Below, in pieces: positions 41,544-51,221 of a DNA stretch of 64,000 nt. Location of the stretch: positions 736,001 to 800,000 of the forward strand of contig OY970192.1 in assembly GCA_963708135.1 (NCBI GenBank), in the 5' to 3' direction. Under the pieces are notes generated by a model that saw only the letters and a program-made list of their open reading frames with translations, was not told where the DNA came from and did no database searches. The translations under genes were made by a program, and so were the position numbers. This stretch comes from an uncultured Gemmatimonadales bacterium. Lineage in GTDB: Bacteria > Gemmatimonadota > Gemmatimonadetes > Longimicrobiales > RSA9. The stretch's first letter is position 1. Each line of letters opens with the position of its first letter.

Positions 41544-41596
41544 GGGGTTCGGGGGTCCGGGGTCCGGGGTCCGGGGTCCGGGGTCCGGGGTCCGGG
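41544..41596. repeat. (GGGGTCC)n heptamer tandem repeat x~7
   Basis: Read directly in the divergent intergenic region. Confidence 0.95.
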
Positions 41597-41798
41597 CCGC
41601 TCGCGGATCCGGATGCCGGACCGGGCGAGAAGGATAGTGGCGCGAGCGGGTGCGGGGAAGGGTGGGAAGGGCTCCCGGCGGGCCGGCCGTGTCGAACCCG
41701 GACCCGACGAAACGCACGAGCCCCACGATGGTACTACCGAGGATTGCGCGCGGGGAGGTGCCTGGGCATCTTCGCGCGGACCCTGGACAAGAGACTAC

Positions 41799-42782
41799 AT
41801 GGACGCACTGGAGAGACGAAGCGGTCGGTCGGGCGGCGCACCCGCGGAGGGGGGCGGGCTGGCCGTTCGCTGTCGCGGTCTGGTGAAGCGATACGAGGAC
41901 CTCGTCGCCGTGGATGGGCTCGACCTGGAGGTGCGCGCGGGCGAGGTGTTCGGGATGCTCGGGCCGAACGGCGCGGGGAAGACGACGACGATCGAGATCC
42001 TGGAGGGGCTGCTGGAGCGGGACGCGGGCGAGGTGGAGGTGCTGGGGCTGACGTGGGAGCGGAGCGAGCGGGAGCTCAGGCAGCGGCTGGGGATCCAGCT
42101 GCAGGAGACGCACCTGGCGGAGAAGCTCACGGTCTACGAGACGGTGCGGCTGTTCCGCAGCTTCTTCCGGGCTGGCCGCACACCGGACCAGGTGCTCGAC
42201 GCGGTGCAGCTCCAGGAGAAGCGGAGCACGTGGGTGAGCAAGCTGTCGGGCGGGCAGAAGCAGCGGCTCTCGGTGGCGTGCGCGCTCGTGGGCGAGCCGG
42301 ACCTGCTCTTCCTGGACGAGCCGACGACGGGGCTCGACCCGCAGTCGCGTCGCGCGCTGTGGGAGCTGGTCGAGAACTATCGGGCGGGCGGTGGCACGGT
42401 GCTGCTCACGACGCACTACATGGAGGAGGCGGAGCGGCTGTGCGACCGCGTCGCCATCATGGACCACGGCAGCGTGATCGCGCTGGGCACGCCGCGCGAG
42501 CTGATCGCATCGCTCGAGGCGGAGCACGTGGTGGAGTTCGCGCTGGCGGAGGGTGTCACGCGGCCGACGGCGGAGGAGCTGCTCGCGCTCGCGGGAGTGA
42601 CGGGCGTGGCCGAGCGCAACGGCACCACGGCCCTGACCGTGCGCGAGGTGCACACGGCGGTGCCGGCGCTGCTCGATGCGCTGGAGCGGCGGGGCGCCGC
42701 GCTGGCGGGGCTGTCAACGCATCACGCGACGCTGGAGGACGTGTTCGTCGCCCACACGGGAAGGCAGCTGAGGGATGAGTAG
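41799..42782 (+). CDS. ABC-2 type transporter ATP-binding protein
   Basis: GPNGAGKT, LSGGQKQR, LFLDEPTTGLD, TTHYMEEAE. Confidence 0.95.
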   Translation: MDALERRSGRSGGAPAEGGGLAVRCRGLVKRYEDLVAVDGLDLEVRAGEVFGMLGPNGAGKTTTIEILEGLLERDAGEVEVLGLTWERSERELRQRLGIQLQETHLAEKLTVYETVRLFRSFFRAGRTPDQVLDAVQLQEKRSTWVSKLSGGQKQRLSVACALVGEPDLLFLDEPTTGLDPQSRRALWELVENYRAGGGTVLLTTHYMEEAERLCDRVAIMDHGSVIALGTPRELIASLEAEHVVEFALAEGVTRPTAEELLALAGVTGVAERNGTTALTVREVHTAVPALLDALERRGAALAGLSTHHATLEDVFVAHTGRQLRDE

Positions 42783-43818
42783 GCTCGAGCGCTCGCCGCT
42801 GGCGCAGCTGACGCTCGCGCGCTTCCTGGAGTTCGTGCGCGAGAAGGAGATGGTGTTCTGGACGTTCGTGTTCCCGATCCTCATGGCGGTCGGACTCGGC
42901 ATTGCGTTCCGCGACCGGGGTCCGCAGAAGGTCTTCATCGGGGTCGAACAGGGGCCGGGCGCGTCCTCGCTGGTCAACGAGCTGGGCGGTACCGAGGGAG
43001 TGGAGGCGCGGCTGCTCGCGCCCGCGGCCGCGCCGGAGGCGCTGCGGAAGGGCGACGTCGCCCTGCTCGTGATCCCGGAGCAGGGCGGGCTGGTCTACCG
43101 CTACGATCCGACGCGTCCGGAAAGCCGGGTGGCGCGGCTCGCGGCGAACGACGCGCTGGAGCGCGCGGCGGGGAGCGTGGACCTGCCGGTGCTGCGCGAG
43201 GAGAAGGTGACGGAGAAGGGGTCGCGCTACATCGACTTCCTGATCCCGGGACTGCTCGGACTGAACCTGCTGGGCACGGGGATGTGGGGCGTGGGCTTCG
43301 CGCTGGTGCGCATGAGGACGGGCAAGCTGCTGAAGCGGCTGCTCGCGACGCCGATGCGGAAGACGGACTTCCTGCTCTCTTTCATGACGGCGCGGCTCGG
43401 CTTCCTGGTGCTCGAGATCACGGCGCTGCTCACGTTCGCGTGGCTCATCTTCGGCGTGACGGTGCGCGGCTCGATCCCCGCGCTGTTCCTGGTGGCCGCG
43501 CTCGGCGCGTTCGCGTTCTCGGGGATGGGGCTGCTGGTGGCGAGCCGCGCGAAGACGCAGGAAGGCGTGATGGGACTCATGAACGTGGTGCAGATGCCGA
43601 TGTGGATCCTGTCCGGCGTGTTCTTCTCCGTCGATCATTTTCCGAACGCGATGCAGCCGTTCATCCGCGTGCTGCCGCTCACCGCGTTGAACGATGCGCT
43701 GCGCGGGATCATGAACAACGGCGCGAGCCTCGCGGCAATGTCGCTGCCGATCGCGATCGTGCTCGTGTGGGGCGGCGCGTGCTTCGCGACGGCGCTCGCG
43801 GTGTTCCGCTGGAGGTGA
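42775..43818 (+). CDS. ABC-2 type transporter permease
   Basis: FWTFVFP, YIDFLIPG, LKRLLATP, LSGVFF, LPLT. Confidence 0.93.
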   Translation: MSRLERSPLAQLTLARFLEFVREKEMVFWTFVFPILMAVGLGIAFRDRGPQKVFIGVEQGPGASSLVNELGGTEGVEARLLAPAAAPEALRKGDVALLVIPEQGGLVYRYDPTRPESRVARLAANDALERAAGSVDLPVLREEKVTEKGSRYIDFLIPGLLGLNLLGTGMWGVGFALVRMRTGKLLKRLLATPMRKTDFLLSFMTARLGFLVLEITALLTFAWLIFGVTVRGSIPALFLVAALGAFAFSGMGLLVASRAKTQEGVMGLMNVVQMPMWILSGVFFSVDHFPNAMQPFIRVLPLTALNDALRGIMNNGASLAAMSLPIAIVLVWGGACFATALAVFRWR

Positions 43819-43910
43819 CGCGTGTCGCGCGCGCAACAAGACTCTTGATGTACGACGCGCGACGCGTGTAGCTTCTTTCGTCGTCTCCCATTCCTTCACT
43901 GGAGGTTGTC

Positions 43911-44177
43911 ATGGCGAAGAAGCCGACAGCAGCGGCGAAGAAGAAGACCGGTACCGTGGCCAAGAAGGGGCCCGCCAAGAAGGCGGCCGCCAGGAAGCCG
44001 GCGGCGAAGAAGCCGGCAAAGAAGGGCGGCACGGCCAAGAAGACGGCGGCGAAGAAGCCCGCGGCGAAGAAGGCCGCGAGGAAGCCGGCTGCGAAGAAGG
44101 CTGCGAAGAAGCCCGCGGCGAAGAAGGCCGCGAAGAAGCCCGCAAAGAAGGCGGCGAAGAAGGCCGCGAGGAAGTAG
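43911..44177 (+). CDS. Histone H1-like Lys/Ala-rich nucleoid protein
   Basis: KKPAAKK repeats, GGAGG RBS, downstream hairpin. Confidence 0.85.
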   Translation: MAKKPTAAAKKKTGTVAKKGPAKKAAARKPAAKKPAKKGGTAKKTAAKKPAAKKAARKPAAKKAAKKPAAKKAAKKPAKKAAKKAARK

Positions 44178-44195
44178 CTCTATCGTAGGTTGAAC

Positions 44196-44235
44196 GCGGC
44201 CCGTCGGGCGGAACATCGCCCGGCGGGTCGCTTCT
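44196..44235 (+). terminator. Putative intrinsic terminator
   Basis: GCGGCCCGTCGGGCG-N6-CGCCCGGCGGGTCGC-TTCT between convergent genes. Confidence 0.6.
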
Positions 44236-44256
44236 GCATCATCCCCCCGCGAGCCG

Positions 44257-44808
44257 TCACTGCTTCGCGAGCTGCTCGGCGACGAGGACCGCGATGCGAT
44301 TCTCGATGCGTCCGCGGCTCGTGCACGCGATCGAGTTCACGCTCGTGCCCTCGTTGCTCGAGGCCGTCGCCCTGAGGCGGGTGGCGATGGTCGTCTTCCC
44401 GGCGTCCGCGGGAACGAGCTCGGAGATGGCCTCGACGGTGATGCGGTGCGTGAGCGCGCGCGGACCCGAGATGCCGGAGCCGCAGTCGAACGCGTCCACC
44501 ATGGAGCCGTTCACGAGCTCGCGCTTCGCGACGAAGTTCTCGCTCTCGACGACGTGGCGCGCGGCGTCGAGCTGGCGGACGGGGATCCCGAGCTGCTGAT
44601 AGGCCTGGAGCAGCAGCGGCCAGACCGTCTGGACATCGGCGGTCACATCCATCGAGTGCGTGGGATCATCGTGCACGGTGCGCACCTCGACCTCGGTGCC
44701 GCTCGAGATGACGGCGGGCGGGAGCACCGGCCGGTTCTGGGCCGGGCCGGGTTGCCCGTGCGCACAGGCCGCGAGCAGCAGGGGCGTGACGAGCAGGAAT
44801 CGGCGCAT
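44257..44808 (-). CDS. Hypothetical lipoprotein
   Basis: Lipobox LAAC; two further Cys; coding-like composition. Confidence 0.75.
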   Translation of the reverse strand: MRRFLLVTPLLLAACAHGQPGPAQNRPVLPPAVISSGTEVEVRTVHDDPTHSMDVTADVQTVWPLLLQAYQQLGIPVRQLDAARHVVESENFVAKRELVNGSMVDAFDCGSGISGPRALTHRITVEAISELVPADAGKTTIATRLRATASSNEGTSVNSIACTSRGRIENRIAVLVAEQLAKQ

Positions 44809-44905
44809 GGCATCGGTCTCCGCGAGAAGTGTGGATGGAGCCGGCCGTCTCGGGCCGGTGCTTTGATGATGATGGCGACCTCGCGCCGCGCGGGCCCGGG
44901 GCCGT

Positions 44906-45664
44906 TCAGGCCGTCGGGCGCCGCAGCTCCAGCAGCCAGCGCGGCAGCTCCGGCTCGGCGTAGGCGCGGCTCCACGAGTCGTGGCCCACGCCCGGGTACT
45001 CCGTGAAGCGGACGGCGGCGCCGGCGTCCGACAGAGCCTCCGCCATGCGCCGCGACTCCGACACGTGGATCACCGCATCCGCCTCGCCGTGGAAGATCCA
45101 GACGGGGATGCGCTTCAGCGCCGCCGCGGCAGCCGCGTGAGCATCGTGCGCGCCGGCGTGACCCGCGTGCGTGCCGCCGCCCGGTCCCTCGACGGCGCGC
45201 ACCGGACGCCCGCGGCCGGGGACGTCGAGCCCGCCGCAGATCGGCGCGAGCGCGGAGAAGCGCTCGGGCTCCTCGAGCGCGAGCCGCCAGACGCCGTAGC
45301 CGCCCATCGAGATGCCGGTGAGCGAGACGCGCGCCTCGTCGCCGTGGAACTCCCCGAGGGAGGCGTCCAGCGCGGCGCGCGCCACCTCGAGCATCTCGCC
45401 GCGCCAGGCATCGCCCGTGCGGACCTGCGGGAACACCACCACGGCGGGCCAGCGCTCGCGGTGGCGGCGGAGCGAGGCGCCGAGGCCGACGTCGGTCTGG
45501 AGGATGCCGTCCTCGCCTCGCTCGCCGGAGCCGTGCAGGAACAGGATCACCGGCCACGCGCTGCCGGGCTGCCACGCCGGCGGCACGTAGACCTGGTAGC
45601 GGTGCTCGGCGCTGCCGACGCGGATGCGGCGGTCGAGGAAGCCGGTCGCGGGGGTGCGGCTCAC
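44906..45664 (-). CDS. Predicted peptidase/carboxylesterase (alpha/beta fold)
   Basis: LFLHGSGERG, GISMGG, WIFHGEAD, EYPGVGHDSW; GTG overlaps upstream stop. Confidence 0.88.
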   Translation of the reverse strand: MSRTPATGFLDRRIRVGSAEHRYQVYVPPAWQPGSAWPVILFLHGSGERGEDGILQTDVGLGASLRRHRERWPAVVVFPQVRTGDAWRGEMLEVARAALDASLGEFHGDEARVSLTGISMGGYGVWRLALEEPERFSALAPICGGLDVPGRGRPVRAVEGPGGGTHAGHAGAHDAHAAAAAALKRIPVWIFHGEADAVIHVSESRRMAEALSDAGAAVRFTEYPGVGHDSWSRAYAEPELPRWLLELRRPTA

Positions 45665-46146
45665 GGCGCCTTCCGGTAGAGCGCCAGCTCCATCAGCGAG
45701 CCCTCGCCGCGGAAGCCGTGACGCCGGTAGAGGGAGCGGCTGCGCTCCCGTGGCCAGAGGACGGCCGCGTGGACGGGCGCGACGCGGCACCACGCGAGCG
45801 CCGCCTCGAGCAGCTGCGAGCCGACGCCGCGGCCGCGCGCGTGCTCGCGCACGAAGACGTTCGTGATGTAGGCGTGCGCCTCGGGCTCCTCGCCCGGGTT
45901 CGGCACCTTCTCGATGCGCTGGAGCCAGAGCTGGCCGACCAGCGCGCCGTCCTGCTCGGCGACCCAGCAGTGCCACGGCTCCGGCGCGGCCAGGCGCTCC
46001 GCCATCCACCGTTCCGCCCGCGCGCGGAAGGCGGCCTCTTCCTCGACCGCCGGCGCGAGCGGGCCCCGGAACTCCCAGCGGAGCGCGGCGAGCGCCGCGG
46101 CATCGGCCGGGCCGGCGGCGCGGATGCCGACCTCCGTCCCGATCAT
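45661..46146 (-). CDS. GNAT family N-acetyltransferase
   Basis: YITNVFV..ARGRGVGSQLL, LYRRHGF. Confidence 0.9.
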   Translation of the reverse strand: MIGTEVGIRAAGPADAAALAALRWEFRGPLAPAVEEEAAFRARAERWMAERLAAPEPWHCWVAEQDGALVGQLWLQRIEKVPNPGEEPEAHAYITNVFVREHARGRGVGSQLLEAALAWCRVAPVHAAVLWPRERSRSLYRRHGFRGEGSLMELALYRKAP

Positions 46147-46300
46147 GGGAGGGCCGGCGCGGGGCGCGGGTGCGATAAGGCGCGCATGGTGGTCGAGAAA
46201 CGGGAACGGGTCGCGAGGGCCGCGCCGCGGCGGGGCCCCGGACGCTGCCGAAAGATAACCCGCGCGGCCGGCGCGGACACGGGTGGCGTTCGGCGGCGGC

Positions 46301-46717
46301 TCAGACTCGGCCGGTGCTCTTGCCGCGCGCGAGAGCGCCCGCGATCAGGTGCGCGGTGCGCAGCGGCTCCGGGATGCGGGAGTGGCGGGCGAAGCGGCGC
46401 ACGACGGCGGCCGCGTCCACACGGTCGATGCCGACGCGCTGCACCCACACCCCGCCGAGGTTCTCCATCGGGCCGAGCCGCTCGATGAGCCGCCACTTGC
46501 GCGCGCCGCCGCGGACGCGCGCGAGCAGAGCGTGGCGGATTGCGTCGGTGTCCGGGCGGTGCCGGGCGATGACGAGGACGGGCAGGCCGAGCGCGCTGTG
46601 GAGCGCGTGCACGTCCACGACATTGAAGCCCGCGAGCGCGATGCCCTGGAGCATGACGAGCTGGAGGTGGCCGGCGAACCTGGAGCCGGCGTGGGAGAGC
46701 GCCACCGTGCGGTCCAT
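46301..46717 (-). pseudogene. DUF99 family (endonuclease dU-like) protein, N-terminally truncated
   Basis: HLQLVMLQGIALAGFNVVD, IPEPLRTAHLIA; the N-terminal GFDD-type motif is absent. Confidence 0.65.
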
Positions 46718-47166
46718 CAGTTGTTGAGGATCCAGCGCTGGTCCGTGACGTCGTAGAAGAGGACCGGGTAGTAGCTGGCGTTGGCGGGCACGGAGAGCTC
46801 GAAGTACTCGGCGACGCGTCCGCCGCCCGGGGCCGGCGCGCCGGCCTCCGCTCCGGGCCGCGTGGGCTCCGCGTAATGCTTGTAGTTCCAGACGCGGAGC
46901 CCCCACGGCGGCGGCGCGATGGCGGCCAGGTACTTCGGGACGAGCAGCGGGAGGGAGTCGGGGTAGTGGCCGGTGTCGTGGTGGTACGCCTGGACCGCCG
47001 CCACGATGCGCAGCCCCTCCGCCTTGGTGCGGTCTATGGCCGGCAGGTCGCGGTGGGCGTAGATCCACACCGCGACGGCGAGCAGGAACGTGAGAGCGAT
47101 GAGCACGATCGTACCCGCGGACGCGGCGCCCGTGCGGGCGCGCGCGAGGGAGGGGAGGCGCTTCAC
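46717..47166 (-). CDS. Hypothetical single-TM protein, pseudopilin-like
   Basis: TM helix then IVAAVQAYHHDTGHYPDSL..LVPKYL; GTG overlaps upstream stop. Confidence 0.65.
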   Translation of the reverse strand: MKRLPSLARARTGAASAGTIVLIALTFLLAVAVWIYAHRDLPAIDRTKAEGLRIVAAVQAYHHDTGHYPDSLPLLVPKYLAAIAPPPWGLRVWNYKHYAEPTRPGAEAGAPAPGGGRVAEYFELSVPANASYYPVLFYDVTDQRWILNN

Positions 47167-48299
47167 CGGTGCCTCCGCGCGGGCTCCGAGAGGAAGGCCC
47201 GGAGCGCCTCCTCGGCGCGCGCGGGCTGGAGCGCGATGAAGTAGTGCCCGCCCGCGAGCGTGACGAGCTCGGCACGCGGCAGCGCGGCGCGCAGCCGCTC
47301 GATGCCGCGGCGCTCCCACGGCGTGCGGATGTCGCGCAGATAGGCGGCGGCGCCCTCGCGCGCGGCCGAGTCCGCGGCGGTGAGCCACGGATACATCGCG
47401 GCCACGGTCTTCTCCGGCCAGACGACGAGGACCGGCGCCGTGATCCCGGCGTAGCGCTTCGGCGCGGCCGCGGCATCGCGGTCGAGCGCGGCCATGAGCG
47501 CGTCCCTCCGCTCCGCGTTCGCGTCCGGCCGGCTGGCCTCGCCGACGAGCTCGGCCTGGAGCGCATCGTTCCAGCCGCCGTAGAAGTAGCGGGCGAGCCA
47601 GTCGCGGTACTCCTCGATCGAGCCGGCGGGCGGCGGCGGGCGCCGGACGGGATTGGCCCGGCCGAGCACGTCGAGGCCGTCGTAGTCGATGGCGGCATCG
47701 AGGTAGATCAGCCGGTCCACGCGCTCCGGGTGCTCCCGCGCGAAGCGGGTGATCACCGCGCCCGAGAGGGAGTGGCCGGCGAGCGTGGCGCGCGGGATCC
47801 GCAGCGAGTCGAGCACCGCGCCGAGGTCGGCCGCCTCGCGCCCGACCGTGTAGCCCTCGAGCGGCGTGTCCGAGGCGCCCTGCCCGCGCGGCGTCACGGC
47901 CAGCACGTGGAAGCTGCCGGTCAGGCGCGGCGCCAGCGCGTCGAAGATGTGGGCGCTCAGCCCGGTCCCGGGCAGGAAGACGAGGGCCGGGCCGCGGCCG
48001 CCCCAGTCGAGGACGTGAACCCGCACGCCCGGCTCGACCGCAATGATCCCTTCGCGGTGCGGCGAGGGGTCCTTCCATGAATCGAAGGAGAAGGCGGAGT
48101 CCGCGGACGGCAGCGCGACGGGCGCGTGGGCGGCGGCGCGGACCGAGTCGGTGAGCGGCGCGCCTGGGGCCTGGGCACGAGCGCCCGCGGGCGCGACGAG
48201 CAGCGCGGCCGCGACGAGCAGCGCGGCCGCGAGCGCCGCCGGCAGCGCGAGGGCCGGGGCCGACGCGTGCGTGGTCGTGGAGCTTCGGATCGGAGTCAT
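47163..48299 (-). CDS. Secreted alpha/beta hydrolase
   Basis: Signal peptide, LDWGGRGPALVFLPG, GHSLSG, YLDA, GGHY. Confidence 0.85.
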   Translation of the reverse strand: MTPIRSSTTTHASAPALALPAALAAALLVAAALLVAPAGARAQAPGAPLTDSVRAAAHAPVALPSADSAFSFDSWKDPSPHREGIIAVEPGVRVHVLDWGGRGPALVFLPGTGLSAHIFDALAPRLTGSFHVLAVTPRGQGASDTPLEGYTVGREAADLGAVLDSLRIPRATLAGHSLSGAVITRFAREHPERVDRLIYLDAAIDYDGLDVLGRANPVRRPPPPAGSIEEYRDWLARYFYGGWNDALQAELVGEASRPDANAERRDALMAALDRDAAAAPKRYAGITAPVLVVWPEKTVAAMYPWLTAADSAAREGAAAYLRDIRTPWERRGIERLRAALPRAELVTLAGGHYFIALQPARAEEALRAFLSEPARRHR

Positions 48300-48376
48300 G
48301 TGAGGACGGGATACCCCCGGGGCGCCTCCGCGCTCCCTCGGTCCGGGCCGATTCAGGGGTTCGTTCGGAGGCGGCG

Positions 48377-48982
48377 TCAGCGCTCGGTCGCATGGACGAT
48401 GAGGCCGGTGACGACGCCGGCCGACACGCTGAAGCCCACGAGCGCGCCCGCGGGGCTCAGATCCACCACGTGAGCGAGGAGGATGTCCGCCAGCACCCCG
48501 GTCACGACGCCGGGGAACCCCTGCTCCAGCGCGGGCCCGATGCGGATGCGCCGGTGCATGCCGGCCTGGGCGCCGGTGCCCGCGCCGAGCATGCTCGCGA
48601 GCGAGCCGAGCACCAGCGCGCTGATCAGGCCGGGGTCCTCCCCGCCGCGGTCCCAGGCCATGTTGAATCCGGCGAGGATGCCGAGCACGGCCCCGCCCGC
48701 CGCGCCCACCGTGGCGCCGGCGATGGGGCCGAAGAGCGGGACGCGCGTGGTGTCGGCCTGGAGGCTGCCGAAGTCCCCGGCGCGCGCCCCGGCCGGCGGG
48801 CAAGGGGCCGCAGGGATCCGGGCGGCCGGCGCGGCGGGCGCCACGATGAACCGCTGGTGCGAGAGCACCGGCACCCGCGCCTCCCGCGGCGGGGCGAGCC
48901 GCGAGCTCGAGCGCTGGGCCGCCAGTGGTGCGGTCAGCGCCGCGGCGGCTGCCGCGGCGAGAAGCGTGCGATGCCGGGACAA
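48377..48982 (-). CDS. Hypothetical membrane protein (glycine-zipper-like)
   Basis: Signal-like N-terminus and Gly-rich TM helices; start uncertain. Confidence 0.55.
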   Translation of the reverse strand: MSRHRTLLAAAAAAALTAPLAAQRSSSRLAPPREARVPVLSHQRFIVAPAAPAARIPAAPCPPAGARAGDFGSLQADTTRVPLFGPIAGATVGAAGGAVLGILAGFNMAWDRGGEDPGLISALVLGSLASMLGAGTGAQAGMHRRIRIGPALEQGFPGVVTGVLADILLAHVVDLSPAGALVGFSVSAGVVTGLIVHATER

Positions 48983-49074
48983 CGTCGCCTCCGGTGCAGG
49001 GATCGGGGTGGCGGAAGCGCAGGCGCGCTGGCGCACGGGAGCGGGCGCCTACCTCTCGAGGCTCTGCTGCTGCG

Positions 49075-49280
49075 GTACTCGAAGGGCAGTCCCATCCGCG
49101 TCAAGTAGCTCGCGAAGTAGTCGTTGCCGACCTTCGATGCCGGGACCACGCTGAACATCGGTGCGCCGACCAGCGCCGAATACGGGAACGTGCAGGTCTG
49201 GACCGTGACCCGGTAACCGGCATCGCGCATCAGGCCGGCGACGCAGTTGACGGAGGCGAGGTAGCCCGGCTCGCCGGATT
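49075..49280 (-). pseudogene. Remnant of an M28 aminopeptidase gene
   Basis: SGEPGYLASVNCVAGLMRDAGYRVTVQTCTFPY resembles the N-terminal part of M28 aminopeptidases; no Zn-ligand motifs follow. Confidence 0.55.
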
Positions 49281-49291
49281 CATTCCAGCGA

Positions 49292-50434
49292 TCACCCCGC
49301 CGCTCCGGTTCCGCTCAGTCGGCTCTTCAGCCCGAGGAACGACGGCACCCACGTCAGCTCGCGGTCCACGATGGCCGCGAGCTCCTCCTCCTCCTGCCAG
49401 CGCTCCTCGAGCGCGGCGAGCTCCAGCTCGAGCAGGCGACGCTCCGACTCCTCGTTCACGGCGATCTCGAAGGCGAACGACTCCGTCGTGCCGATGCGGG
49501 ACAGCCGGGTGCCGCGGCTCGCGATGCGGCGGGTCAGCTCCGTGGCGGAGCCGGTCTCCTGGATCAGGCGGGTGGCGTCGCGGACCTGGTTCTCGCGCGC
49601 CCCGGAATAGTGGTGGTAGGCCAGCGTGCGGCGCAGCAGGTGCTCGGCCTCGATGCCGCGAATCACGTAGCCGGACTCCTCGCCCAGATGTCTGTCGGCC
49701 GCGATGGGGCCGGCGCCGGAGCGGCGCCCGCGGCGGGGGTGCTCGATGCGACGGAGCTCACGCCTCAGGTCGCGCCGGTAGCGGGTTGCGGAGCCGTAAT
49801 CGCAATTCATGCAGCCCATGGCAACGGCGACGCCCTCCTCGCCGTCAGGCAGCGCGACGAGACCGCCGCGGTCGCGGAAGCGGATGCTGGTGAGGGTGGC
49901 GCCGCAACTCGGGCAGGCCGCGCTGCCGCTCCAGGCCGTGCGGCCGAACTTGAGCGTGCGGGTGAGCTTGGGCAACGCTCTGCCCGCACGGCCGAACATC
50001 CACCACCCGCCAAAGATGCCGACGCCGGCCGCCGCGCCACCCGCCACCGCGCCGATCACGGCGGCCGTGCCCGCGGCGGTCAGAGCCGTGTAGATGCGTC
50101 GGCGCCGCACCAGCTCGCGGCCGTAGCGCCACCACGCCTCCTCCTGCAGCTGCGCGCTGCCCACGCGCACCAGCTCGATCTCACCGGCACGGAACAGCGC
50201 GATGTTGTCGGTCTTGGAGAGGAGCCGGGCGCGGTCGCGCGTCAGCTTCTCGAGCTCCTCCAGCGCCTCCCAGCGCTCCTCGATCGGCGCGAGGTTCCAG
50301 CGCCGGCAGGCCGGGCAGACCGCCCACAGCCGGCCGCGCCCGGGGTCGAACGCGATCTGCCGCCCGACGGGGAAGTTCTCGACCGTCTCGTTCGTCGGCA
50401 GATCGCGATGGCAGAAGATGCAGCGCGTGAACAA
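49292..50434 (-). CDS. Conserved hypothetical protein with four CxxC motifs and a central TM segment
   Basis: CIFC, CPAC, CPSC, CMNC; acidic coiled C-terminus; probable TTG start. Confidence 0.75.
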   Translation of the reverse strand: MFTRCIFCHRDLPTNETVENFPVGRQIAFDPGRGRLWAVCPACRRWNLAPIEERWEALEELEKLTRDRARLLSKTDNIALFRAGEIELVRVGSAQLQEEAWWRYGRELVRRRRIYTALTAAGTAAVIGAVAGGAAAGVGIFGGWWMFGRAGRALPKLTRTLKFGRTAWSGSAACPSCGATLTSIRFRDRGGLVALPDGEEGVAVAMGCMNCDYGSATRYRRDLRRELRRIEHPRRGRRSGAGPIAADRHLGEESGYVIRGIEAEHLLRRTLAYHHYSGARENQVRDATRLIQETGSATELTRRIASRGTRLSRIGTTESFAFEIAVNEESERRLLELELAALEERWQEEEELAAIVDRELTWVPSFLGLKSRLSGTGAAG

Positions 50435-50717
50435 AGCTGGCCTCACCGTTCGAGGAGCGTCCCCCTGAGGTACCCGCGAGGCCTGCGCAGCGTTTCGGGG
50501 TCGCGGAATCCCGGTCGGGTCGTCGCAGCGCCTTGCCCTACGGCGGGGAGGGGCGGAGGTTTCGGGCGGCGGCGCGGGCGGCCTCGTGGCGTCGCCACCC
50601 CGGCGCCGAGGCTCATGCGCCGTGCTGGCGCCAGGGGGCGCTGCGCATAACTTTCGGAAGGCGAGTGCGGGGCGGCCGCCGGTGCCCCGCTCGGCTCCCC
50701 CTCTCGGAGGTACGCTC

Positions 50718-51095
50718 ATGCGCATCGAACGCGTCCGCCCCCGGGCCTCCCTGCTGGTCGCGGTGGCGGCCTTTGCCGGCGGGTTCCTGCTCACGTCCTG
50801 CCGCAAGGTCGTGGACAGCCTGGCGGTGGTCCAGCTCGCGGAGCACACGGCCAGCGTCGCCGTGGGCGGCTCCATCCCGCTGGAGCTCCTGGCCGTGGAT
50901 CCGCCGGGCTACGTCCCGGACGTGAAATGGTCCTCCTCCGACCCCGCGACGGCCAGCGTGCGGGGCACGAGCTCGCTGAGCGCCGAGGTTGACGGGCTGC
51001 GCCCCGGCCAGGTCCGGATCATCGTCGCCGGCGGCGGCAGCGCCGATACCGCCCTCGTGAGCGTCCTCGCCACCCCCGCCGGCGTGCGCCGCTAG
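50718..51095 (+). CDS. Ig-like (Big_2) domain lipoprotein
   Basis: GGAGG RBS, LTSC lipobox, VKWSSSDPATASV. Confidence 0.75.
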   Translation: MRIERVRPRASLLVAVAAFAGGFLLTSCRKVVDSLAVVQLAEHTASVAVGGSIPLELLAVDPPGYVPDVKWSSSDPATASVRGTSSLSAEVDGLRPGQVRIIVAGGGSADTALVSVLATPAGVRR

Positions 51096-51221
51096 AACCG
51101 CTCCGGCCGCCCCGACCCCACCCGAACCCGCTCCCGAATCAACCCGAACCCGAACCCGGCCGCCGGCTCCGCCCCGCCGCAGTTGTAGAACCTCCCGCCG
51201 GCGGCTTACATTCCCGCCCTC

